A stretch of DNA of 64,000 nucleotides, taken from Azolla caroliniana. Taxonomy: Eukaryota > Plantae > Polypodiophyta. Location: positions 22,940,001 through 23,004,000 of the forward strand of contig JBHGNT010000005.1 of NCBI GenBank assembly GCA_043228905.1. Direction: 5' to 3'. The position numbers and the translations under genes are program-made. The first letter of the stretch is position 1. Each line of letters begins with the position of its first letter. The notes under the pieces are model-generated. The model saw only the letters and a program-made list of their open reading frames with translations, had not been told where the DNA came from and did not search any database. Of the stretch, positions 39,504 through 52,371 are shown in pieces.

Positions 39504-42195
39504 ATGTGTGTGTGAAAGAGGAGAGGAGAGATATAAGATAGATAGGAAAATAAAAAGACTCAAATTTATATTAATAAGGAGTAAAAAATACAATAGAAAA
39601 CAACCAAGTACAAAAGAGGGAGAGGTACTTTATATAACGTCACCCTCTCTCTACATTCTCTCACTGAAGCTCATGTGTCATGGGGAATGTGGAACCTCAT
39701 TAATTATGTGTCATAAAATATGATTCTATTACACATAGTTAATGTTGGAGAGTCAGTTGTTAGGTCAACTATCACTCAAGCTCGGCAAGGTATAGGTCGA
39801 AAAACCAAGCTCGGTTGAAAATTGCCGAAGCTTGTTGGTCCTTAAAGCCTTCATGAAGATGTCGGTTGTCTAAAGATTCATGTTGATGTGCTAAAGGTCA
39901 ACATCCCCTGCAAGGGTACGTTCTCAGATGAAGTGATAGTGCACTTCAAAATGCTTTATCCGAGCATAGAAGATGGGGTTTCGAGCAAGATGGATACTGT
40001 TGAGGCTGTCGCAATACAACAAGATTGAATCATTGATGGAAACGTCTAGATCCTTAAGTATCCTCTTGAGCCATATGGCTTCACATGCATCCACCGTCGT
40101 GCCCCTGTATTCGGCCTCTGTGCTCAAAAGTGCGACGCTTGGCTGCTTCTTGCTACTCCAAGAGATGGCTCCACTTCCGAGAGAGGAGACGAATCCTGAG
40201 GTCGATCGTTAGTTGGCTTTGTAGCCTACCCAATCGGCATCCATATATCCTTCAATTCGATTTGTTGTGGCTGACTTATAGAGAACTATGTAGTCCATCG
40301 TTCCACTCACGTATCGTAACACTCACTTAGCATAATCTAAATGAATATATTGTGGATTTTGCATGAATTGACTAAGGAAGCCGACCGAATAGCTGAGGTT
40401 GGGACGTGTGATCGTGAGGTAGATAAGAAGTCTAACAACGTGTTGTCAATAGTGTGTCGACTCATGCTCTGTGGTGCCAGAGTTGGCATCCAGTATGAGG
40501 TTTCAATCAAGAGGGGTTGCCACAAATTTACACTCAGTCATCTCGAACTTATATAATAAACATTTGGCCCTCCCTTCGACCATGAGCTATGAGTCAACCT
40601 TCCTTCTCAATGAAGCAACCACCTTCGTTGAATTGGACTTGCATGCCTTACTCAACAATTTGGTTGACCGAGACCAAATTCTTTGTTATGGTTGGTACAT
40701 GCAAGATGTTTTTCATGCAAGTTTGTTTGCCTTCTTTCCTGAATGGGACATTGCCAACACGTTGAATCGAATGTGGAGTGTCATCTCCGGTCTCGACATA
40801 GTTGGGTCGATCCGGCTCTCGTAGGTCTCGGAACCATTCTTGATGTGATTGTCATATGGTTTGATGCATTGTGGTGGCATAATTGGTGAGTTGCCGACTT
40901 GTAGAAGCCGACTCACTCTTCTTCTTTCGACACTCCTCTTCATGGTGGTCGATTTGCCATAATATCCACATTTGAAGGGGTTGTTTTGTCAACTTAGACC
41001 AACGTGGAAGCTCCTCCTTCTTTCAAACTTTCCTGTTGAGTTTCCACCGTCTTGTTGGTAATGGGAGTTGTTTTCATAGGTCGAAGCTCGTCCGCCTCTT
41101 CCTTAGCCAAATCGGCCTCTTCTTGCACGGTCACATCCTCCATCCGAGTGTGTAGAGCATGTGGCCTTCCGAGGCGTTGCTCCTTGTTCAAACATGGTTT
41201 TCTTCAACCAACAACATTGATTGAAGATCGAAGAAAGAGGGAGGATTCTCTCTTGGTAGGACATCGGTTCTCATCACGCCGAACCATGGTGCAAGGCTGC
41301 TTAGGCATATTTGCACCATGTCATCATCATCCACATTGACGCTTATTGAGCCGAGTGAATCACAAAGCTCCTTGATCTTCAAGGTGTAGTTTGTGATGGA
41401 CATGTCCCTTTGTTGGATGTTGTTCAACTCTTGGTGGAGTTGAAGCTTTCTTGAGGTTGTGTTGGCCGCAAAAATATTCCCTAGATTCTCCCAGCTTCCT
41501 TTGGCATCTTGGCTTCTTGAATGTAGTCGAGCATGTGGTCACAGATACACGTCGCCAAGCAATAAATTACTCGACTAGTCGCTTGCTCCTATGTTGAGAA
41601 GTCGGTGTCCTTTGGGTTGGGTTTGTTTTCTTGAGCTCCTTTGATGTAGCTCCAATAACCTTGGCCAATAGGGTATTGGCGCATCTTGTACTCCCAAGAT
41701 GCAAAGTTGTTTCAGTCCAACTTCTCGCTAGGGAGAGATCTACCCATTGAGTATTCATTATGTCGATGAGGATTTACTCCTCCTTTAAACACGAGCTATG
41801 TAGTGACACTACGATAGCGGATAACCAAATTTTTCGTCGGCGTATCGAACACACAATCACTATGAGTTGGGTGGGCTTAGTGGATATGCTAAACCACGTT
41901 ATTGTGTGTTATGTGTGTGTGAAAGAGGAGAGAAGAGACACAAGATAGATAGGAAAATAAAAAGTCTCAAATGTATATTAACAAGGAGTAAAAAATACAA
42001 TAGAAAACAACCAAGTACAAAAGAGGGAGAGAGGAGCTTTATATAAAGTCACCCTCTCTCTACATTCTCTCATTGAAGTTCATATGTCATGGGGAATGTG
42101 GAACCTCATTAGTTATGTGTCATAGAATATGATTCTATGACACATAGTTAACGTTGGACAGTTAACAGTGACCTTTGACCTTTGAATGCTCATAC
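39504..42195 (-). mobile_element. Degenerate, internally deleted Ty1/copia element
   Basis: LTR-like direct repeats ~39504-39753 and ~41911-42165; gag (YTLKIKELCDSL) and RNase H (STEAEY, YCDS) relics; integrase and most of RT missing; ends approximate. Confidence 0.75.
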
Positions 42196-42629
42196 ATTCT
42201 CAAAGGGTGTGTTCACACATTAGACTGGATTGAGTTTGATTCAAAGTCAGCATTATGATCACAAATTACAACATTGCAATGACAATGGGCACAAAGGGTA
42301 TTTTAAGTAGAAAACTGATAGTATAGAACATTTTGTGGCAAGTGGAGAACTACAAGACTTCAAGATGGATACACAACAAGCAATATTAAATATTTTTGTT
42401 ATGTTTTCAATTTCGTAACCTATGTATCACGATCACATAAACATGTATTCTTGTTCCCTTATCATGGTCATATTTGATTAAATCTTTGAAGAATATAGAG
42501 TTTTTATAGATTCTATATTTGTGTCTTCTTTCTATGTTTGTGATTATAATTCTATTACTTTTTATTCCTCATACTCTTTCCCTTTGTTTCTCTTTATCTC
42601 CCCTCTTTTTGTCTCTTTTCTTCTCTCCA

Positions 42630-42990
42630 ACATTGGAGTGTGTGAAGCATGCCAATTTGGCAAACAACATCGGCATCCATTCCCAAAGGAAAGGATTGTA
42701 AGTAAACACCTCTTGGACGTAGTCCACTTTGATGTGTGGGGACCGCTCTAAGTGGCCACATTTGGAGGATGCCGATACTACGTCACGTTCATCGACGAAT
42801 TCTCCAGGCACACTTGGATTTATCCTATGCGGCAAAAGAGTGAAGTGTTCTCACACTTCGAGAAATTTAAAAGTGAAGTCGAAAAGACAACCGGTCAACA
42901 TGTTTGATGCCTTCGGTTGGACAGGAGGAAAGGAGTACTTCTCAAACAAATTTACAACTTATCTCTGAAAGGAAGGAGTTCGGCAAGTAA
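42630..42990 (+). pseudogene. copia integrase fragment
   Basis: VCEACQFGKQHRHPF, LDVVHFDVWGP, YYVTFIDEFSR. Confidence 0.75.
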
Positions 42991-43079
42991 TGATGCTTGG
43001 ACTAAATAGAAGACATATGAGCTTCTTTCAAAGCATTTCAGAAAGCCCTAAGAGGCCCTCATCCTTCTCTTCCAATTGT

Positions 43080-43520
43080 TTCATTGGATGGTAAAACATT
43101 AGCAACGTTCTTTGCAGGTTCCCACGTTCGATCGTAAGGCCTGTTCCAAGCCAATCTACAAGGTTATATAACTTGTTGCGGATGATCTTGGAGTCTAAAA
43201 CAACGTCTACCTCATATTTTGGTCGTTCAACAAGTTGAACCGAAGGTGGTGGTGGAACAACCCGATTTGGGATTGAACTTGATGTCTATGGCTCTAACAA
43301 TGAAACATGAAATACTAGATGAAGACACATGTGTGAAGGCGGGTCCAAACAAAATGCAATATCGTTGATTTGATCAGACATTACAAATGGAGCTAGACGT
43401 TGGAAATCCAACTTATCACTTGGTTTAGTACCTTTTCACATTACATCATAATAATCATACATGGTCACCAACTTGAAACTTAGGTTTCTCGGGTACAGAA
43501 TCTAAGCAATGTCTATATGC
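43080..43520 (-). pseudogene. Chromovirus integrase C-terminus and chromodomain fragment
   Basis: PPPPSVQLVERPKYEVDVVLDSKIIRNKLYNLVDWLG. Confidence 0.75.
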
Positions 43521-43807
43521 AACCTTCTTGTACATGGGGTCACACATGATCACCACTTGCCATACATGTTGTGTGCCACTTGGCGTGCATGCATGCCATT
43601 TGGTGATCATCTATTATATATATAGTGCCATATTTATAAGGTGGTGTGTTGGTGAGAGTGTAAGACTCTTTTTTAAAGGTCACAAGCTCAAATCTTGACA
43701 TTTTGTGACACCATCCACATTTGAAATAGTTGAGGGATTTGAAATGGCTATTGGGGAGCAATTTCCTCAATCTATCATCCAATAGTGTTGAGGTGAGTGT
43801 ATCATGC

Positions 43808-44047
43808 TCTTTGGGAGCAACCATCAAACCTATATTTGCAAGTGGCATGGAGGCCTTCGAGATTGGAGAGAACCAAATGATAATTTAGGAAACCATAGGT
43901 ATTGAACTATGATGATCAGGTTAGAATCTTTGCGAGCAACCATCAAACTTATATTTGCAAGTGGCATGGAGGGCTTCGAGATTCGAAGGAACCAAAAGAT
44001 AATTTATGAAGACATAGGTATGGAACTATCATGATCAGGTTAGAATC
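43808..44047. repeat. Tandem duplication, 2 x 119 bp
   Basis: GAGCAACCATCAAAC at 43815 and 43934. Confidence 0.85.
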
Positions 44048-44199
44048 AATATTTTGACAAGTTGAATTTGATATTCAAAAGAGACATTAGAAAATAATGT
44101 CAAGAGTGTAGTTAGGTTAGAGATTAGAACTCAAGGAACGTATTTGTAAGTTAATCATAAGGACAAGTTGTGAAATGGGAAATTAGCCATTTATATGTC

Positions 44200-44484
44200 A
44201 AACCATTTCTTTATTATTTAGATTGAAGTTACATATGACATAAAAAGTATTTGTTCGGCTCCCCCTTCCCCTTTTACTTCATGAAGAGATTGCTTAAACC
44301 ATTCCTTTATTACTTAGATTGAAGTTACATATGACATAAAAAGACTTTGTTGGTTCTCCCCACCCCTTTTACTTCATGATGGGGTTGCTTAAACCATTTC
44401 TTTATTATTTAGATTGAAGTTACATATGACATAAAAAGTCTTTGTTGGCTCCCTCCCTCCCCCTTTACTTCATGATGAGGTTGC
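44200..44484. repeat. Tandem repeat, 3 x ~95 bp
   Basis: AAACCATT...TAGATTGAAGTTACATATGACATAAAAAG at 44200, 44296 and 44391. Confidence 0.85.
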
Positions 44485-45801
44485 ATAGATAGGGTTTGTC
44501 ATGCCATTGCTAGAAGCTCATGCTTTAACCAAGTTTAAGTTATGTACATTTATCAAATTTGTCATAGTGTTATTTGACACCAAGACAATGGGTGTTTGGT
44601 TGGACGATAGTAACTATGTATTGTGAATCATCAATAATCTTGACGGAAGGCGGTAGCAAGATGTCTCCAGTGGTTACTTTCTTGGGACTAGCTACAACCT
44701 GATTCACACAGGTCAACACAAAATCAGAGATTATGATTGTTTTCCTGTTTCTGAGGTATTGGGGATTGTGTGTAATTGGGATATGCACAATGCTTTTGTA
44801 TTTGATGGTAGACATGGACGGAGTCATTGTATATCTCCGAAAGTTCGGGTATTAATATGTCGAACTTTTTATTGGAGTAAGTAGAAATTCTTTTCTCAGT
44901 AAACTGTTCGTGTTGCCTTTTGGCAAATCAATACGTTCCACTACCCGTGTAGTTAGTGGGTGATACATTGTGTGTAGTGTTTTTCACACACATTTATATA
45001 ATTGTGTGTTTTCACCTAAAAAATGAGAAGCGAGAGGAGAGAGCCAAGTGAAGGAGAATCCTTTTGTTATTGGAGAAATGCCATGTTCATACAATAGGTG
45101 ATGTTGGATTTAAAGGAGATCACCGTGGGGTAAAAACTGCCTTTCCTATGAATACGATTATAATTATTTTGCTTGATTATTATTTATTTATTATTTCCCA
45201 CGTACACATACAAGCGCACATACTGATACTCAAACACATAAACTCCACACATACATGGCCACATAGAATGCAAATACAATCATGGTTTTGTACATTCCAC
45301 ATGTAAACTTGAGGACACATACTCATAGGTGCACCAACAAACTTCATCATTGAGATAATTCTTTGATTAATGTTTCTGTTTACACTCTCCCCACTTGTTC
45401 GCTTGATAGTGCAACAAATTATGGAGAAGGCTAGATAAGGCCAACAATGATTGTTCAAGAATCACAAGGAAGGGTGTTGGATTGTTCAAGAATCACGTTT
45501 CATTTTCTAAAAGCTCCGGGAATTATTGCCGAAAAACTTTAATAATAATCCATCAACTTTAGGCTCGAGAGTGGAGGAAAGTTGAAACAAAGTGAGATTT
45601 GAGAAACTTTTGAATTGGTTTGAGTTGACGCAGCCAATAGTCCAAGAGGAGGAACAAAAGAATGAGAAAATGAGCAAAGAATGGTCAATGCCAATGGATT
45701 GAATGGAGACAAAATCCGCACATGTTTTATGAATGGTATTATAAACTTTAAAAATTTAAAGAATAGGCTCCTCCAATGGAATGCATGCATACATATATGT
45801 T

Positions 45802-45802
<1 letters not shown>

Positions 45803-45833
<31 letters not shown>

Positions 45834-46073
45834 TACATACATACATACATACATACATACATACATACATACATACATACATACATACATACATACATAC
45901 ATCCATACATACATACATACATACATACATACTTGCATACATACATACTTACATATACACATATACACATATACACACATTGACACATACAAACATACAT
46001 ACATACATATGACTCATACATACATACATACATACATACACACATATGTATGTACCACATGTACAAACATACA
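45803..46073. repeat. (CA)n/(CATA)n compound microsatellite upstream of the kinase gene
   Basis: Long ACAT run seen directly. Confidence 0.95.
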
Positions 46074-46197
46074 TGTCCTATATAATGGAAAAATGTCTCA
46101 CAGTCACCTACCAGTTACAGATCCACCTACCAGTTACAGATCACTGAAGAAGAAGAAAAAGAAGAAAAAGAAGAAGAAGAAGAAGAAGGAGGAGGTG

Positions 46198-48255
46198 ATG
46201 ATGATGAAGCAGAGTCATGTTGTCCTGTTTCTCATCCTCCTGCCACTACTGCTGCTGAAGGCAGAGGCAGAGAAGTTGTCATTCCAGCACTCTGCCTTTA
46301 GCAGCAGCAACATAGCAGACATTTCTGTTGTCCAGGAGGCAAGCTGGTACCAAGGTCAAGCAGTCTCCTTCTCTGGCTCAGCATTCTGGCTCACCCCAGA
46401 TCCCACCACCGCCGACCCGCGTGTCGATGGTAGCATCGGGAACCTCGGCCGCATGGTCTACAGGAACCCTTTCATCCTATCGTCCACCGCGTCTTTCACC
46501 ACTTCTTTCACCTTCCAACTAATCATGAATGCCTCGAAATCGGGCAGCGGCATGGCCTTCTTCATCTCCACCTCCTCCATTGCCCCCAACGACAGCCAGT
46601 CGGGTGCCATGGGCCTTGTCACTTACCAAGACACCACCATCACCAATCAGACCCTTCTGCCCCCTCCATTCCCTTTCTTCGCGGTCGAATTCGATACCTC
46701 CCAAAGCCTCCTCTACAAAGATCCCAGCCAAAGCCATGTCGGCATCGACATCAACTCCATCATCTCTTCCAATGTCACCGACACCAATGACACCTCCTCC
46801 CCTCTCTACCTCTACCACAACTACACATTCACGGCGTGGATCGAGTACGAATCGGCTACCCGCCTCATCCAAGTATGGATGACCAACATGTCCTTAGATG
46901 ATCCCCCGCCTGCCCGCCCCCTCCATCCCATCCTTCAATACACCTACGACATCTCCACACTGTTCGATCAACCTGTGTACGCCGGATTCTCCTCCACGAA
47001 CCGCTTCGGCCTCGGCAATCTGGAGGGATGTGCCATATATGCTTGGAATTTCCACATGACAGACCCTCATTCTGCTGCTCCCTCTTTGGGACTTGTCATT
47101 GGCTTACCCTCTGCCATAGTTTTGCTTCTCATTCTGACTGCTGGATTCACCGGGTACTGGATTCACCACAGCCGGCACTCGAAGCTCTCGTCACACCAGC
47201 CGCAGTTCTCCTCAACCAAATGGTTAACCCTCTCTGGCAGCAGAGCCTTGCCCCAGCGGTACCGCCACCGAGATTTGAAGAGGGCTGCGGCCGGATTCTC
47301 GGAGGCCAATAAGATTGGTGAGGGTGGATACAGCAGTGTCTACCTTGCGAAGCTTCCGGATGGCTCCTTGTTCGCCCTCAAGAAGCTCAAAGATGGAGTG
47401 AAGAAGGAGCAAGAGTTCGTGTCCGAGATCGAGATCATCAGCACGCTCCGCCACCGCAATTTGCTGGCGTTGGAAGGATGGTGCTACGAGAAAGGGGAAG
47501 CATTGCTACTCTACAGGTACATGAGCAAGGGAAGCTTGGATCAATACATTTACGGGAGGAAGGAAGGATTAGTAGTGCTCGAAGGCGACGTAAGATTGAA
47601 GATACTGGCAGGGATTGCGGCCGGATTAGAGTATTTGCATACAGGGTTGGGGAGTTGCATCCTGCACAGGGATGTGAAAGCCGAGAATGTGTTGTTGACG
47701 GACGAACTCGAGCCGGTGTTGTGCGATTTCGGGCTCGCCCGGCTCATCTCTCACAACCAAGAGGTGACTCTCACTGCCGTGGGCACCCCCGGGTATGTGG
47801 CCCCGGAGCTCGTATACACAGGCAGGGGCACGGACAAGGCGGACGTGTATAGCTTCGGGGTGCTTGCCCTAGTGGTCGCCTGCGGCCGTCGGCCCATTGA
47901 CCCTTTCCTACCACCACAAGAAGGTAGAATCATTGACTGGCTGTGGCTGCTCCACAAGAGTGATAAGCTCGAAGATGCGCTCGATCCGAGGATTGTCCGG
48001 AAGGAGGAATGGATATGTGTGCTTCATCTTGCTCTCACTTGCTGCCATCCGAATCCCGATGTCCGCCCGACCATGAGACAAGTCATCCAAGTACTCAAAG
48101 ACAAGATCTTGCTGAATCTACCGACGGCTATACCTGTATACCCAGCCACTCTGGATTGGTCCCAACAAAGTGTTATCACCATTTCTCAATCCAAATTCTC
48201 ATCACATCCTTTCTCATCAGATACAAGTTATTCAAGAAGCATAGGTACACCATAG
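46198..48255 (+). CDS. LecRK: L-type lectin receptor-like kinase, intronless, 685 aa
   Basis: Signal peptide VVLFLILLPLLLLKAEA; legume lectin motifs SFTTSFTF, GMAFFI, FFAVEFDT, HVGIDINS, YAGFSS; TM helix; kinase KIGEGGYSSVY, ALKK, HRDVKAENVLL, DFGLAR, GTPGYVAPE, DVYSFG. Confidence 0.95.
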   Translation: MMMKQSHVVLFLILLPLLLLKAEAEKLSFQHSAFSSSNIADISVVQEASWYQGQAVSFSGSAFWLTPDPTTADPRVDGSIGNLGRMVYRNPFILSSTASFTTSFTFQLIMNASKSGSGMAFFISTSSIAPNDSQSGAMGLVTYQDTTITNQTLLPPPFPFFAVEFDTSQSLLYKDPSQSHVGIDINSIISSNVTDTNDTSSPLYLYHNYTFTAWIEYESATRLIQVWMTNMSLDDPPPARPLHPILQYTYDISTLFDQPVYAGFSSTNRFGLGNLEGCAIYAWNFHMTDPHSAAPSLGLVIGLPSAIVLLLILTAGFTGYWIHHSRHSKLSSHQPQFSSTKWLTLSGSRALPQRYRHRDLKRAAAGFSEANKIGEGGYSSVYLAKLPDGSLFALKKLKDGVKKEQEFVSEIEIISTLRHRNLLALEGWCYEKGEALLLYRYMSKGSLDQYIYGRKEGLVVLEGDVRLKILAGIAAGLEYLHTGLGSCILHRDVKAENVLLTDELEPVLCDFGLARLISHNQEVTLTAVGTPGYVAPELVYTGRGTDKADVYSFGVLALVVACGRRPIDPFLPPQEGRIIDWLWLLHKSDKLEDALDPRIVRKEEWICVLHLALTCCHPNPDVRPTMRQVIQVLKDKILLNLPTAIPVYPATLDWSQQSVITISQSKFSSHPFSSDTSYSRSIGTP

Positions 48256-48779
48256 GCTCACTCACATAAGGTCATAGAGTCAAAGCACTCGAGAACAAAA
48301 TAAGAGTGTTGTCCGTTTGATGCCTGCCGGATGTTTTAGTTGTATAAATTATGTATCCTAAAAGGATGGATATTGCAATGGAAAGCTATGTAAAATACCA
48401 AGCCGTTACAAATTATACAGATTGAATCGTCCAAAGGCCCATTCAATTTGGTTGTCCTTGAAGATTAAGAAAATGTATTCTTTTCGCGATCTTGACATGC
48501 ACCAATATGAAACCAAATTAGTGTGGTTCGTAATAGTCAATTAGTACTTGATAGGCATAGAATAAATCTTCTCTCAAATTGATATTTAGAACGGCTTGAC
48601 GGTTTCCCTTCTCTCGGTGTTGTGGCCTCCCTAATAGGATTGAGGAGGGCCACACACAATTATTGTACCTGTTGACAATGAAAAATGTCATCTAAACATG
48701 CATATAAGTACTAGATCCATCCTTCCTTCTCTTAGGAATATGGATATGAAGGTTAGGAATATGGATATGAATGGGGATG

Positions 48780-49310
48780 AGCTTTAGACTTCAAACACGG
48801 TATAAGACAGACGCAACAGAAACAAAAATCAAAGTACACCAAGTTTTAATGTGGAAAACCCAAATTGGGGAAAACTGAATACAACTTCTCTATCTTTCTG
48901 AGTACAACGGAATACAACTTCTCTAGGTTTTGACTAGAGGAATGTATATACCTGAAGGCTGATAGCAACCTTGGTTTCAATCTTCACCCAATTGGGTGGA
49001 TAGAAGCAATAGAAAATGGAAACATAAAAACACAAAACGAAGGAACCTGATACAAATGGAGACGAGAGGTGTTGTACAATCATGTGTTCTCTTACGACAC
49101 AAACAACCCCTCACAAATCTCTATCTTCACTTCGACAAAACACTCTTGCTCTTGCTCTTGCTCTTGCTCTTGCTCTCACTCTTTGTTTGTTGTTTTTCTT
49201 CTTTGTTTTCTCTTTATCTTTGTGAAATGCACACTCTCTTTGTATGCTCTCACTTAGTTACTCATTATATGTCCTTGTGTGTTGTTCTCCTTTTATTTTC
49301 CTTATAGTTC
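48780..49310 (-). mobile_element. Possible copia-type solo LTR relic
   Basis: GTGGAAAACCCAAATTGGGGAAAAC resembles the U5 motif of the other copia LTRs here; ends and TSD not resolved. Confidence 0.35.
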
Positions 49311-51998
49311 AACATCTATATCTGTATCTGCATTCACACACACACACACACACACACAATATATATATATATATATATCTATCTATATATCTATGGGTTA
49401 ATAATTAGAAGATTAACTAAGGGTTAATTAGTATCTAATTATGTGAATTTTTAATCACGTGTGTGATTAAGTTACGGAAGACTATGTGATATGTGTGCAA
49501 GAGGAAGAGAGAGGAAGTTACACTTATCAATTTAGTAAATGGGGGATGATTAACGAGCGTAACACAAAGAACTTTACTTATATTAAGAAGACATCATCAA
49601 GTTACAAAAATACCCACAATGAGGTATATATATATATCTCATGTGCAAAGGTACACACGTGTGAGGAGAATATAAGTACAAGGGTGTAAGTCCTACATTA
49701 AATGAACTCGATAATGGGGAATCTAGAGATCTCCTACTTAAATGTTAGGAACTAAATCCTTTATAGTCAACATTCTAAATAGATTCTATTTATGTTTATG
49801 TAACTACTAAGTTACATGGTTGACTAAATGATGAAACTTAGTTGAGCTTGATATCTCAACATGCCCCCTCAAGCTCAAGTATGAGGCATTCGACATCCGA
49901 TTTTGTTTTCGGCGTGTCAGCTTCTTGGTTCCGACTTATGTCAAGTCGGTAGTTTCGGCATGTCGGTATTCTCCCCCTCAAGCATTCGATAAAGGCTTGG
50001 TGTGTTAATCGGCCGAAGGCTGAGTGCCATTGAAAACAGGTGGAGTTTGTCAGCTCCTAAAGCCTTGGTAAAGATATCGGCCATCTGTTGATCAGTACCG
50101 ACATGTTGGAGGTTGATGTCTCCCTTGACGATGCGCTCCCAAACATAGTGGTAATGGACCTCGATGTGTTTCGTTTGGCATGGAAGACCGGGTTTCGGGA
50201 TAGTTGGATGTTGCTTTGATTGTCATAGTAGATACATATCGGCTTGTCGACCGATTCATTGAAGTCCTTTAGTAGCCGCTTCAACCAAATTGCTTTGCAG
50301 GTGGCTACGCCCGCACCCTTGTATTCCGCTTCTGTGCTGGATAATACAATTGTTGGTTGCTTCTTGTTACTCCACGAAATCACTTCACTTCCAAGTGAGA
50401 AGACGAATCCGGATGTTGAACGTTGATCGGGTATATTGTCGGCCCAGTTGGCATCGATGTATCCTTCTAACCGAATCGTCGCTCCGTCCTTGTAGAAAAT
50501 TCCCTAATCCATGGTTCCACTAACGTACCATACAACTCGCTTAGCACAATGCAAATGTATGTCACACAATGTTTCCATAAATTGACTAAGGAGTCTGACC
50601 GAATAGCTCAGGTTGGGTTGAGTAATAGTTAGTGTCACAGATGGGTAGACGAGGCTAAATACTAAATGAGAGCGAGAGTATAAGCAAGAGAACAAGAAAG
50701 GGAGAGAGAGAATAGACAAGATAACAAGAACTGATATTATGCTTCCGCAACTAGTGTTGTTCACCTTGATTGTAATCAAGGTGCACCCGAGTATTTATAC
50801 AAGAAAGTGGAGGCATGCATGTAAGCTAGGAAACTTCTAGAGAATGCATCTTCAATGTAATAAGTTGAATCTTATACAACATAATAATGCATAGATGGAT
50901 GTAGCTCAACTGGTAAGGTTGTCTAATAAGACTAGGAGGTCATGGGTTCAACCCCCTACATTCCATGTCCCTCTAAGGCCACCTCCCAGGACTTACAGTT
51001 GGTTTCTATGGATATTGTTCATGAGATGTTGTGCTGGCTCCCATGTTGCTTCAAAGATCAGCCCGTACCCTTGTTAGAGAACAAGGTATTGAAGTTGGCG
51101 ATGGAAGAGACAAGAGTAAAGAATTTGGTTGACCTCATATTCTTCTCTAGTCGCGAGTTGGATTGGTGGTGGAGGAGAAGGGTGTCGATCAGGGCTTTTA
51201 GATATATGGTGAGGTTCAGGAAGGGAGACATGGAATACATTATGAATATAGAAATGGGATGGTGGCTCTAAGCGGACAACCATGAAAGGGCCTAACTTCT
51301 TGTAATTGAGGTTCGGACAAGGACGAGTGGTGGCAATATGGTGACGGAGAAGCCCAACAAAGTCACCTACCTCGAACCGGGTGGCATCTGAGTGAAGATG
51401 GCCAACTTGCTCCTTGTAGCGTTCTCTAGCGAGGGTGAGCTCCAAGGAACGGTTGCAATGTACACCCTCGAAGAGACGCACCCATTCCTCTACAGAAGGA
51501 TTGACAAGAGTCAGAGGGAAGAGAAATGTTGAAGCGGGGGTGGAGACCGTAGTTTGCAAAAAATGGGGCAACTCCCGTAGATGCATGCAGAGAGTTGTTG
51601 TAGGCGAACTCGGCAAGTGGGAGAAGGTCAACCCAGTCGTCTTGGCACATGGAGCAAAATGGGCCATCTCGGTGAAGCGATCGACCATGACAAACCGAGT
51701 CTTAGCCACCAACAATGGGAAGATTAGTGATGAAATCCATGGAAGGAGAGGCCGAAGGCCGTTTGGGGACTGGGAGAGGTTGACCATTGTGTCTGTCTAC
51801 GATTTAAAGTTCGCGTGGTAGAAAAGTATATTAGGTTTTTGTGATTGGCAACCACTTGGATACGATGTTGCGCCCTGGCCAAATAGGATCTCCATTCTTT
51901 GAAAGCAGCTATAATAGCGAGAAGCTCCTTGTCATATATAGGGTAATTGATTTCTAGGGCCGTGAATTTGCGGGATTAGTAAGACATCAGGTGAAGCA

Positions 51999-52371
51999 CA
52001 CCGACCTCATCTAGCTAGGAGAGGATCACCCCAATGGCGAAATCGAAGCTACATTCGTTTCGACTTGGAAAGCTTAGTGGGGTCACGATGTAAAAGGAGG
52101 GGTGCCGTAGTAAAGGCTTTGCTTCACCGACCTCATCTAGCTAGGAGAGGATCACCCCAATGGCGAAATCGAAGCTACATTCGTTTCAACTTGGAAAGCT
52201 TAGTGGGGTCACGATGTAAAAGGAGGGGTGCCGTAGTAAAGGCTTTGCTTCACCGACCTCATCTAGCTAGGAGAGGATCACCCCAATGGCGAAATCGAAG
52301 CTACATTCGTTTCAACTTGGAAAGCTTAGTGGGGTCACGATGTAAAAGGAGGGGTGCCGTAGTAAAGGCTT
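51999..52371. repeat. Tandem triplication, 3 x 126 bp, of the RT/RNase H junction
   Basis: CACCGACCTCATCTAGC at 51999, 52125 and 52251. Confidence 0.95.

Noticed and set aside
45781-46197. His/Thr/Tyr/Ile-rich N-terminal extension of the 824-aa ORF
   Set aside because: Translation of (CATA)n; the signal peptide starts at 46198.
50896-50967. Functional tRNA gene (also 8014, 17319, 27537 etc.)
   Set aside because: Anticodon and T stems are incomplete and the sequences are integral LTR parts; reported as tRNA-like cassettes instead.
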